A DNA stretch of 62,477 bases from a virus (taxonomy: Duplodnaviria; Caudoviricetes): positions 1-62,477 of IMG/VR virus record IMGVR_UViG_3300045999_003247; one strand, written 5' to 3'. A program made the translations under genes and the position numbers. This document shows positions 1 through 7,654 of this stretch, in pieces (the stretch's first letter is position 1; each line of letters opens with the position of its first letter). The notes below the pieces were generated by a model. It was given only the letters and a program-made list of their open reading frames with translations. It was not told the DNA's origin and did not search any database.

Positions 1-5
1 GAAGG

Positions 6-802
6 GAGCTAAAGCCACCGCCACCGCGACCCGGGGCGTTTTTTGGGGCCCCGGGGCCCGGGCCCGGGCGCGCGCCGAGCGCTGCGGCTCGGGAGCCGCG
101 GACCGTGCGCCGACGCCGGCGGGCCGGGAGCCGGGAGCCGGGAGCCGTGCGCACAAATACCGCTTGACGTGCGGGGCGCTGGACCTGAAAGCGCCGCGAC
201 GCGACTTCACCGTGCCGGTCTACCAGATCAGCTAACGATCCCCAGAACGACGAAGGGCGCCAGTAGGCGCCCTTTTTTTTCGCTCGCGATCACGCGCCGA
301 GGCGCACGACGAAGCCTGACACGTCCGCCCGGGCCGGGCCCTTGGCGCGCAGACCCACGACGACGTTGGCCGGATCCGTGAAGCGCAGGTCCGTCAGATC
401 TCCATCGATGACGCGCGCGCCGCCCCAGAACAGCGGCAGCGGCGCGCCGCGGGCCGTGTCGAAAACCACGGCGACGTTGCGCCCGTGATCGAGCGCGCCC
501 AGCGCTTTCCGCGCATACGCGGGATTCGCGCCCGAATAGCTCACCGTTAGGTGATAATTGGCCGGCACCTTCCGCCCCGGGAGTTTCGTGTAATCGTAAA
601 ATTGCACGTCAGGGAATTGCTCAAACAGCGTCTTCCCATCGCCGCCGCGCATATTTTCCCACGCGATGTCGGACGTCCCGTTGAGGCGGACCGCGAGCCG
701 GACCGCTTGGCGATCCGCTTTCCGCAAAGCAATCCGAATATCGGCGGCGATCGCATCCACGAAGGCGACCGGGTCGCGCTTGAAAGCCTCCGTCTTCGCG
801 GC
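6..802 (+). repeat. Left copy of imperfect terminal direct repeat
   Basis: 6-179 is identical to 61479-61652; 247-802 aligns to 61886-62477 with a 36-bp indel and many synonymous substitutions. Confidence 0.95.
253..280 (+). terminator. Rho-independent terminator
   Basis: AAGGGCGCC-AGTA-GGCGCCC followed by T8; identical copy at 61892-61919. Confidence 0.85.
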
Positions 803-991
803 GCGCGCCTGCTGTACGTTTGAGAATGCGCCGCGGCCAGCCATGTTCAGGCACGGCGCTTGGCATTGCGCCAAGCGCGACATGGCGCACAGATCATCAT
901 CGGGCCGCAGGTACAGAATCGCCGTCAGGTACTCGCCGCCACGATCCGATTTGATCGTTTTCGCGTTATTCCCGATCGCAAGGTATCGCAT
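290..991 (-). CDS. GP88-family phage protein (Cys-motif protein)
   Basis: RLNGTSD, FYDYTK, NVAVVF and DGDxTDLRF motifs recalled from the GP88 family; Cx7Cx3C near the N-terminus; ATG at 991 follows AGGAAG. Confidence 0.7.
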   Translation of the reverse strand: MRYLAIGNNAKTIKSDRGGEYLTAILYLRPDDDLCAMSRLAQCQAPCLNMAGRGAFSNVQQARAAKTEAFKRDPVAFVDAIAADIRIALRKADRQAVRLAVRLNGTSDIAWENMRGGDGKTLFEQFPDVQFYDYTKLPGRKVPANYHLTVSYSGANPAYARKALGALDHGRNVAVVFDTARGAPLPLFWGGARVIDGDLTDLRFTDPANVVVGLRAKGPARADVSGFVVRLGA

Positions 992-1038
992 GCTTCTTTC
1001 TTCCTGTATAGCGCGCCGCGGGTCACGGCGCAGGGAAA

Positions 1039-1067
1039 ATCCTAGTTTATCCACGCGCAAAGCGCAA
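1039..1067 (-). promoter_or_regulatory. Sigma70-like promoter for the GP88-like gene
   Basis: TTGCGC-N17-TAGGAT on the - strand, followed by a hairpin (1013-1031) and CTATACAG (1004-1011). Confidence 0.55.
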
Positions 1068-1164
1068 GCGCTGTTCGATACCGCGCGCACGGTTCTGAGC
1101 GGAATCGGCCGCGGACCGGGGCCAAGTTTAAAACGTGAGCGATGCGCACATCGGTCGGGGATGC

Positions 1165-1313
1165 ATTCCAGAACGGAATGGTTTCGCTCGATTTATTCCG
1201 TTCTGGAATAAATACCGCCTCAATCGAGGCGCATAAATCGATAGGCTCCGCCTATCAATGGCGCAGCCTATCAGAAGTCGGAATTGGATAGGTAAAGGCT
1301 ATCGATAGCCTTT
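1165..1313. promoter_or_regulatory. Cluster of palindromes / putative operators
   Basis: 15-bp inverted pair 1165-1179 / 1195-1209; GATAGGC-TCC-GCCTATC at 1240-1256; perfect 20-bp palindrome at 1294-1313. Confidence 0.55.
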
Positions 1314-1372
1314 GGTTCTCGGCGGAGAATGTAAGCGGTGCTAACATGGTTGGCACCGCTTACGTCGGGCAG

Positions 1373-2458
1373 TTAAGCGGCAAGCTTCAGCAGATCGCCC
1401 GCTTTTGTTTCAAAGTCGACGCGCGCATCTGTCCATTCGATTTGTCTCGCGTAGGCGGTAGCACCCGTGACGGCGTCCCACAAGGTTTCAATGGGCCGGC
1501 CTTCGTCCAGCATATGCGCGTGCTGGATTTTGTCGGCCATTCTCGGTCCGAATCGTGTGGCCAAAAAGGCTTCGACCTTGTCGATCTTAGTTGACTGCGC
1601 CGAGCGCAAAACGCGGTCAATTTCGCCCGTGCTGGCGCGGCTGTATTCCAGAAGCGCAGGCGCGACTTGATCTAAAAAACGGTCGGGAGCGCTGGCAGTG
1701 TGGCGGATACTGATTTCTTCGAGCTCGTGGGCCCCCCAGACGATGCGATTTGCGCACACGTAGTCGAACAGGAAGGTTTTTACCCGCAAAGCACCCGCGC
1801 CGACTTCAGAATTCGTGACAAAAAAACCGCGCGCGAGGTTGCCGGTCTGACCATTTCGGCGCCCGGGGAGCTCGATTCTGTTTTTTTCGTCGGCCAGAAA
1901 AACGAACATGTCCCTGTCAGAGGCAAAAAGCGTCGTGTTACGTTTCGTAACCTCGACGTCATGGCCGAATTCGCCCGGCACTCGCCAATCCCCGCTGACG
2001 CCATCACCGAACCGGTCGACAAGGGCGGAAACGACGTCCGAATTCCAGATGCGCCCGTACCGCGGCCCGGTCATGGCCATAATCTCCGACCGCCCGTTCT
2101 TCCGCAGCAGAACGCCGACGTCTTGCGCCTCGCGCTCAACCTGCAAACCATAATTCAAACAATCAGCGGCCAGCGGTGCCGGTAGGTCGCGGAGATACCC
2201 GGCGGGAGCGCCGACCAGCGCAGCCGCTTGGCCGAACGCCCAGTGCGTGGGCTCGAACTGGTATCCGGACGGGCCCTGCACCAGCACCCCTCTGTTGTCG
2301 TCCGTCGGGACGACATGCAGGCGTCGGCTGCTGACGACGCACTCGCGGCTGATCTGCCGGTTATGCAGCATCGTTTCGCGCATGTCCACCAGACTGGTGA
2401 AGCGCTCTTCTGAAGGCCGAGTTGCCCACTGTCGGCTGGCTTGCATCAAAGTCGTCAT
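1373..2458 (-). CDS. DUF932-family protein
   Basis: Y.RIWN, ASDRDMFVFL, GFFVTNSEVG, FLFDYVCANR and IRHT motifs; start chosen by SD (AGGGAG) spacing. Confidence 0.7.
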   Translation of the reverse strand: MTTLMQASRQWATRPSEERFTSLVDMRETMLHNRQISRECVVSSRRLHVVPTDDNRGVLVQGPSGYQFEPTHWAFGQAAALVGAPAGYLRDLPAPLAADCLNYGLQVEREAQDVGVLLRKNGRSEIMAMTGPRYGRIWNSDVVSALVDRFGDGVSGDWRVPGEFGHDVEVTKRNTTLFASDRDMFVFLADEKNRIELPGRRNGQTGNLARGFFVTNSEVGAGALRVKTFLFDYVCANRIVWGAHELEEISIRHTASAPDRFLDQVAPALLEYSRASTGEIDRVLRSAQSTKIDKVEAFLATRFGPRMADKIQHAHMLDEGRPIETLWDAVTGATAYARQIEWTDARVDFETKAGDLLKLAA

Positions 2459-2504
2459 TCTCATTCTCCCTGTATAGAACCGATGCGTTAGTGCATCGGC
2501 AGTC

Positions 2505-2533
2505 ACTCTAAGTCAAACAAAAGCCATCGTCAA
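2505..2533 (-). promoter_or_regulatory. Sigma70-like promoter for the DUF932 gene
   Basis: TTGACG-N17-TAGAGT, followed by a perfect 7-bp hairpin (2480-2499) and CTATACAG (2470-2477). Confidence 0.65.
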
Positions 2534-2754
2534 CCCCGCGCGCGGGATGCTCGCAGTTGGGCCTCTCGGCAAACGTCCAGTTCGAGGTATAGCCGAACGC
2601 AGTAGGATGCGTCGTCCCTGAACTGGCGCAAGCAAGAGTTGATGTCCCCGTTTGCGTACTGAAGGCGGCATCGCCAGAACTCAACGCTTTCATCAGCGCG
2701 GCGTGCGAACTTCGCGGCATAGGCTTCCGTCATCATTCGGGGGGCGTCGGGCAT
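2530..2754 (-). CDS. Hypothetical protein (74 aa)
   Basis: ATG at 2754 preceded by CTATACAGGAG. Confidence 0.6.
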   Translation of the reverse strand: MPDAPRMMTEAYAAKFARRADESVEFWRCRLQYANGDINSCLRQFRDDASYCVRLYLELDVCREAQLRASRARG

Positions 2755-2785
2755 AAAAAACGTTCTCCTGTATAGAACGGCTGCG

Positions 2786-2971
2786 TTATTGCTTTCGATT
2801 CCATAGGCGCTGGACGGCCAGCATACCGGCCAGTTTAAGCGCCTGCCCGAGCGTGGCGTCGGGCGGTCTATTGGCAGCCAATGCGGCATTCATGTCCGCC
2901 CGCTGACGCTCGTGCGCTACGATCATGGCCCTGATTTTGGCGGCGTCCATCCACTTGGTTTCCTGTTCCAT
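2786..2971 (-). CDS. Hypothetical protein (61 aa)
   Basis: ORF with upstream GGAG; fills the gap in a co-oriented gene array. Confidence 0.55.
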   Translation of the reverse strand: MEQETKWMDAAKIRAMIVAHERQRADMNAALAANRPPDATLGQALKLAGMLAVQRLWNRKQ

Positions 2972-3018
2972 ATCTATCTTTCTCCGTTATTGGCCCCGCA
3001 TTTGGGAAGTACAAGGTC

Positions 3019-3444
3019 TCACAAAATAACATCACCGGTCAATACGTTCTTCAGCATTTCCCAGTGCACCTCGCCCCAGTTCCACCGCGCGAGCGGACGA
3101 ACGTCAATCCCGCCCTCATGCAGCCGAATCGCCTGCTCCCCGCCGTAGAGCAAAAGCTCGCACTCATGCACGCGCTTTCCCATGGGCGCATGCAGGACCA
3201 AGATGTAAGACGGGCATCCATGTTCGGTGTGTCGCATATGGAACGCGATCTGGTGAGGCGACAGGCGCACCTGCCGACCATGGCGCACGACCTTCAACTC
3301 GACCAGCGCAAAGCCTCTGTTTTTGAATCCGATCAGGACATCCGGTATGCCGAGTCCGACCCTACTTTCGATCCGGGTAAAAAGGCAGCCGGACATTTGC
3401 GCCGTCATTCGTCGATACAACACGGCTTCTGGTTTTGCGGGCAT
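3019..3444 (-). CDS. VRR-NUC / Holliday-junction-resolvase-like PD-(D/E)XK nuclease
   Basis: E...RIE...GIPD...VELK...LSPHQ motif. Confidence 0.75.
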   Translation of the reverse strand: MPAKPEAVLYRRMTAQMSGCLFTRIESRVGLGIPDVLIGFKNRGFALVELKVVRHGRQVRLSPHQIAFHMRHTEHGCPSYILVLHAPMGKRVHECELLLYGGEQAIRLHEGGIDVRPLARWNWGEVHWEMLKNVLTGDVIL

Positions 3445-4162
3445 TGTCTTCCGTCTCGATAGGCTCTGGAGGCGCTGAGAGCGCCTCTGGGGCGTCTTCA
3501 GTCTCCCCGCTGGTCGGGTAGTCGTCCTCGAACTCTGCGTCCTCCGCGGCGTCCACGGGCGGCTGGTCGTCATCCGTCAGCGTCTGCTGCACCTGCTCCG
3601 GCGTCACGTCGATGACAGGAGACCCCGCGCCGTAAACGCGCTTGATTTCTTCGAGCTTCCGCATGACTTCGTCGCGTGACATCGAGTCGATTGTCCCGTG
3701 TCGGATCTCTTTCCGGTCGATATAGATCGACCCAATCGCTTGCCCCCGCCGATACTCGGCCTGCACGGCAGCGCCGTAGGCGCCCGCGGCCAGCGCTTGG
3801 TCGCGGATCACCTGCAGGTCATGCATGTGCCGCTCGAACGTGGTGCCGTATTTCTCGGCCATCTCGGCACGCGCGGCCTGCACTGCCGCGACCACGTGCG
3901 GGCTGATCGCCGGGTCGAGCAGGCGCTCGACCGCAGGCTTTGCTTTGGCCGGCGGATAGCCGGCACGTATGGCAGCCTCACGCGCAGATATCGAGCCAAC
4001 ACTGCTCGTCAGCTCTTGGACAAAAGTCCATTCCTGCGTAGTCAGCGGCTTGTTCTTTTTCGGGCTGTCGGGAACCGGCTGGGTCAGCTTCTTGGTCGCG
4101 GCCGGTGAGAGCTTCCGGCGCGGCATCCGCGCCGAGAACTCGTCGTCCTTTTTGGACGGCAT
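3362..4162 (-). CDS. terS: Terminase small subunit
   Basis: LTxQExxFV...AREAAIRAGY N-terminal HTH, helical core and acidic tail; TGATG coupling to the upstream gene. Confidence 0.75.
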   Translation of the reverse strand: MPSKKDDEFSARMPRRKLSPAATKKLTQPVPDSPKKNKPLTTQEWTFVQELTSSVGSISAREAAIRAGYPPAKAKPAVERLLDPAISPHVVAAVQAARAEMAEKYGTTFERHMHDLQVIRDQALAAGAYGAAVQAEYRRGQAIGSIYIDRKEIRHGTIDSMSRDEVMRKLEEIKRVYGAGSPVIDVTPEQVQQTLTDDDQPPVDAAEDAEFEDDYPTSGETEDAPEALSAPPEPIETEDNARKTRSRVVSTNDGANVRLPFYPDRK

Positions 4163-4383
4163 CAGGCGACGCGCCACACGCGCCAGCCGCCCTCGACGTT
4201 TAGGCAGCTAAAACGACCGCCGACGCGGCGTTGAAACATCGACGCAGCACTGCGGATAGCTGACGACGTGCGCTTCGTGTGTTCTGCATCGGGCACGAAA
4301 AAACTATCGCCTACGGTCATGTCCCCGAACGGAAACTTGGACCGTGTTACAGGCATCTGAACACCCTGTTCGATTGCATACAT
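4162..4383 (-). CDS. Small DNA-binding-like phage protein (DUF7303-like)
   Basis: KFPFGDMTVGDSFFVP...RVWR motif. Confidence 0.65.
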   Translation of the reverse strand: MYAIEQGVQMPVTRSKFPFGDMTVGDSFFVPDAEHTKRTSSAIRSAASMFQRRVGGRFSCLNVEGGWRVWRVA

Positions 4384-4435
4384 GATTCTTGCTCGCTGTT
4401 GTGACTAGGCTGTCCGGTAGTGGGCAGCGTGGCGC

Positions 4436-4444
4436 ACTATACCA
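4436..4444 (-). promoter_or_regulatory. Extended -10 promoter upstream of the terS operon
   Basis: TG-G-TATAGT on the - strand. Confidence 0.4.
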
Positions 4445-4539
4445 CAACCTAGTCTTGTGTGGTTTTGAATGCGTAACCTGTGGCCTTCGGCCTGCAAGGG
4501 CCCTCCGGGCAAAAAACAGGGGTTGCATAGTACTTTTTG

Positions 4540-4890
4540 CCAAGAAATAAAAAAAAAAAAACAAAAAATTGTCTCGCGCGCGATCCCCAGATGAATTTCG
4601 TCTATCCTGTAGGTGTAATGTAACGTGCAGTCGTAACCCCTTGATTCCATTACGTTATTACGGCATTACGTCTATTACGTCTATTTTCAAAAAAAAAATT
4701 TCATTTCACTACTTTTCTGGAAAGGGACTAGTAATACGCCCAAAACAGCCCAAAAACCCCGTTCCGCGGTCCTTTCTTGACAATCCCTGCCCCTTTCCCC
4801 CTTCTCCGCCCCTCCTGTCACCCGTCCGCCACCCTGTCCTTCACGCCCCTTTCCCCCTTCTCCGCCCCTCAAACCCCTCTAAAATTACCC
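4540..4890. other. Putative replication origin (non-coding; A-tracts and iteron-like repeats)
   Basis: A-runs, four ATTACG at 8-9 bp spacing (4649-4679), 26-bp direct repeat (4789-4814 / 4845-4870). Confidence 0.45.
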
Positions 4891-4892
4891 CG

Positions 4893-5078
4893 TCATCCCG
4901 TCTCCGCCCCCTGTTTTTCAACAACCTGCCTGCCATGTGCGACTTGTTTAGCGAGTTCTTCCAGCAAAACATTTTGCACTTCTATGCGCCTTCTCAGCTC
5001 GTTGATGTACTCCTGAAGCTCAACGCTTTCGATTTTGACGGGCGGTCCGTGGGTCGTGGTCTGTGCTGGTCTAATCAT
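4893..5078 (-). CDS. Hypothetical coiled-coil protein
   Basis: ATGA overlap with the upstream gene; GGAGG SD. Confidence 0.6.
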   Translation of the reverse strand: MIRPAQTTTHGPPVKIESVELQEYINELRRRIEVQNVLLEELAKQVAHGRQVVEKQGAETG

Positions 5079-5314
5079 TTCTGTACCTCCGTGGTCCGTG
5101 GGTCGTCGTTATTTGCCATCCGCGTGTACCAGACAGCCTTTTGCAGGTCTTGTGTGGGGGTGGCGTGTTTTAGCTGGGCGCGCCAAAGGTACTTTATGGC
5201 GTTGCCTCTGCAGAAGGCGACGAAGCCATCGGGCCCGAGGGCGGCGCGGATGGCGTCGATACACTCCACGTCGCCGGCACTGTAGTGCGGAGGGCGATTG
5301 ACCATGTCTTTCAT
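5075..5314 (-). CDS. DUF3310 protein (T7 gp1.7-like nucleotide kinase family)
   Basis: VNRPPHY..GDVECIDAI, FCRGNAIKYLWR and DLQKAVWY motifs. Confidence 0.85.
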   Translation of the reverse strand: MKDMVNRPPHYSAGDVECIDAIRAALGPDGFVAFCRGNAIKYLWRAQLKHATPTQDLQKAVWYTRMANNDDPRTTEVQK

Positions 5315-5757
5315 TGGCTGGGCTCCTTGACGAAGATGCCATCTGGTCTGAGCGTTCCGCGGCGCGTGCGAATTTCATCGTAGGCGCCTTCGAGGCAGTC
5401 TAGGAGTTCGAGGCCGGAGAGTTTGGCGCCGATGATGAGTGTGACGAAAATATCGCCATAGGCGTCGGCAACTTCGTCCCGCGAGCCGCGGTTAATGGCC
5501 GTAAGCAGCTCCTGCACTTCTTCGAGCGTCTTCAGGCCCTGTGCCATGGGGTTGCTGTTGGGGATGATCTTTCTGTTGGATGCCCAGTTGGTGACGAGGT
5601 CTTCCAGTACGTCGTACTTTAGCAAGTGGTTTCTCCCGATGCGGTTGTTGACGGCGAGCAGTTCGGCGAAGCAGATAAGGTCATCCGCGTGTCGTGCCAC
5701 GAAGACCTCGTCGAACCCTGCCTGCGCTGCGGTTTTTAGGATGTCAGTAATGGTCAT
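5311..5757 (-). CDS. MazG-like nucleotide pyrophosphohydrolase
   Basis: W...R.I, QxLKTLEEVxEL, DAYGD and AYDEIRxRRG...DGIFVKE motifs. Confidence 0.8.
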   Translation of the reverse strand: MTITDILKTAAQAGFDEVFVARHADDLICFAELLAVNNRIGRNHLLKYDVLEDLVTNWASNRKIIPNSNPMAQGLKTLEEVQELLTAINRGSRDEVADAYGDIFVTLIIGAKLSGLELLDCLEGAYDEIRTRRGTLRPDGIFVKEPSQ

Positions 5758-5969
5758 GCCGTTATCTCTAGCATGATGGAATCCAGAACGTCCTTGTTGA
5801 CATCGTCCAGTTGCCCCGCGGCATGGATATGACGAATCACGTCAAGCATTTCTTGGTGCTCAAAGTACAGCTTTCTCAGCATGCTGGCAGCTTCTTCCAG
5901 CTCTAGCTCGCCCGTAACATCGGACTTATGTTCGAGCCACCGGGAAAGCCATAACGCATCTCTTTTCAT
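5754..5969 (-). CDS. Hypothetical protein
   Basis: ATGA-coupled ORF. Confidence 0.6.
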   Translation of the reverse strand: MKRDALWLSRWLEHKSDVTGELELEEAASMLRKLYFEHQEMLDVIRHIHAAGQLDDVNKDVLDSIMLEITA

Positions 5970-6334
5970 GGTGTTACCCCCAGTCGCGGCCTGAATCGAA
6001 TAGTGAACGCGCGCGGTTGACCTTTGGTGAATTTACGGCTCACTTCGTTGGAGTAAGCAGATTCTTCCAGTTCTATAGAAGTCGCGGTCATTACAAAGTA
6101 CCACGTACCAGACAGTCCGCTGATCGTATGCTCTCGGGCATCCGGCGTGATGGTCACTTGCTGCGTGTAATTACCCGGCTCCTGTCCGTAGTAAAGCGTG
6201 TATGACAGGATCTCCGATGCGGGAAGTTCCATTCCATCCACATAAAAGTCGGGTGGAGTCCATTCAATCACTGCGGACGCGGCATGCGCGACCGATGTCA
6301 ACACCATCAAACCCAACGCTATAACTTTTTTCAT
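5966..6334 (-). CDS. Secreted fibronectin type III domain protein (copy 1)
   Basis: Sec signal peptide (MKK-hydrophobic-AHA); W.P, Y.LYYG...GNY, GTWYF..TA...ES..SNEV FN3 pattern. Confidence 0.75.
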   Translation of the reverse strand: MKKVIALGLMVLTSVAHAASAVIEWTPPDFYVDGMELPASEILSYTLYYGQEPGNYTQQVTITPDAREHTISGLSGTWYFVMTATSIELEESAYSNEVSRKFTKGQPRAFTIRFRPRLGVTP

Positions 6335-6549
6335 TCCTGTTCTCCTCGTTTACGTACAGCCGCTGCCAGAAAATCCGCGACGAACGTCGCGACGCCAAGT
6401 CGGCGCCCAGCACGCTCGATAGTCTGAGCACACGCCTCACGCTCTACTTCGATAGCTTCTAACACCACCGTCACAACCAGATCCTTCAAAGGCTGTGCCG
6501 TAATGCTGCCGTGTTTTGAAATCAGAGCTTCGATGTCGTCTATTGTCAT
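6331..6549 (-). CDS. Hypothetical protein (EREACA family)
   Basis: Coupled ORF with the EREACA motif seen in small phage proteins. Confidence 0.6.
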   Translation of the reverse strand: MTIDDIEALISKHGSITAQPLKDLVVTVVLEAIEVEREACAQTIERAGRRLGVATFVADFLAAAVRKRGEQE

Positions 6550-6845
6550 TATTGCTGCGCCTTTTCTCCGATGTGTTCAAACGGCGATCCGTGAACTGTC
6601 GCACGCACGTCTTTAATAAGCGCGTGAGTTTCTTTACCCCTTGCTCTGATGGCTTTGGCACAGTCAATGCACCCTTCGTTGTAGAGATATTGTGTCCATG
6701 CTGCCGTTGTCTCCTCGCACACTTTGGCACACTCCTCCCGTTCTGCTGCGGCGACGAGAGCGGCGAAGCGCTCAGCCCTAGGGTCTATGTGCCACGCAAG
6801 ATATCCAGCCTCTTTCGCCATTCGGATAATGTCTTCTCTGGTCAC
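6549..6845 (-). CDS. Hypothetical protein (MTREDIIRMA / EREECA family)
   Basis: GTGA coupling; ERFAALVAAAEREECA motif. Confidence 0.65.
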   Translation of the reverse strand: MTREDIIRMAKEAGYLAWHIDPRAERFAALVAAAEREECAKVCEETTAAWTQYLYNEGCIDCAKAIRARGKETHALIKDVRATVHGSPFEHIGEKAQQ

Positions 6846-6988
6846 TTCAAAATCTCCCGCTCCAGAATCGCGACCATCTCGCCAATCTCCTCGATCAGAT
6901 AATCAGGCGTCCGTGTGTCCCGATAGATGCCGACCGATTCAAGCGCCGAAAGAAGGCGCATCAGGCGTAACAGTTCTTGCTTGGTCAT
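6842..6988 (-). CDS. Hypothetical protein (48 aa)
   Basis: MTKQELLRL start after GGGGAG; ATGA overlap. Confidence 0.55.
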   Translation of the reverse strand: MTKQELLRLMRLLSALESVGIYRDTRTPDYLIEEIGEMVAILEREILK

Positions 6989-7329
6989 TTTCTTCTCCCC
7001 CTGCTTTTCTCTACGGTCCCGTAGCCGGTCCCGTAGCCGTATCCGTAGCCGTATCCGTAGCCGGTCCCGTTGCCGTATCCGTAGCCGTATCCGTAGCCGG
7101 TCCCGTTGCCGGTCCCGTTGCCGTATCCGTATCCGTAGCCGTATCCGTAGCCGTATCCGTAGCCGTATCCGTAGCCGGTCCCGTTGCCGGTCCCGTTGCC
7201 GTATCCGTAGCCGGTCCCGTCGCCGTATCCGTCGCCGTATCCGTCGCCGTATCCGTAGCCGTATCCGTTGGCGTATCCGTAGCCGGTCCCGTCGCCGTCG
7301 CCGCTGCCGACAGAAAAGAATATGGGCAT
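6985..7329 (-). CDS. Gly-Tyr (GX)n repeat protein
   Basis: About 48 GX dipeptides encoded by hexamer repeats (7016-7305); TAATG coupling to the upstream gene. Confidence 0.7.
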   Translation of the reverse strand: MPIFFSVGSGDGDGTGYGYANGYGYGYGDGYGDGYGDGTGYGYGNGTGNGTGYGYGYGYGYGYGYGYGYGNGTGNGTGYGYGYGYGNGTGYGYGYGYGYGTGYGTVEKSRGRRK

Positions 7330-7622
7330 TACAGCCCCCATCCGTCGTGGACAGGTACACAGAAAATCTCTGCGCCTTCGGGCATATGTACGTCCGCAAT
7401 CGGGCGCAGGTCTGCCTGCTCAGTCTCGACCATCTTGGCAAAACCGATTGTGTCCCATGAGAAAACATGGACGGCTCGGCTCAGATGAATCCGTCCGTTT
7501 TCCCTAGTCACGTCTCCAGCAAAGATCCATCCACGATCTACGACGACCACAGCACGAGTGCCTGTCGGCAGACGGGAAGAAACGGGAGCATACTCAACAC
7601 CATTAATCGTTACGTTTTGCAT
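7329..7622 (-). CDS. DUF6948-like small beta-barrel protein
   Basis: AVVVVDRGWIFAG...LSRA...W pattern; GGAG SD before ATG 7622 (alternative start 7658). Confidence 0.6.
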   Translation of the reverse strand: MQNVTINGVEYAPVSSRLPTGTRAVVVVDRGWIFAGDVTRENGRIHLSRAVHVFSWDTIGFAKMVETEQADLRPIADVHMPEGAEIFCVPVHDGWGL

Positions 7623-7654
7623 TTTCAAGTCTCCTTGGATAATTTCTTCTCTGG

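Noticed and set aside
6-802. True T7-like fixed direct terminal repeat
   Set aside because: The copies differ by indels and many substitutions, whereas packaging-generated repeats are identical
1004-2775. CTGTATAG copies as LexA/SOS boxes
   Set aside because: Only half-sites; none has ACAG at the CTGT-N8-ACAG position
4569-5285. 238-aa + strand ORF across the origin-like region
   Set aside because: Low-complexity translation of homopolymer tracts, antisense to real genes
6842-7468. Arg-rich ORFs (RLRIR, RSRI) and the 254-aa VAVS ORF
   Set aside because: Alternative frames of the Gly-Tyr hexamer repeat; only the GX frame is translationally coupled on both sides
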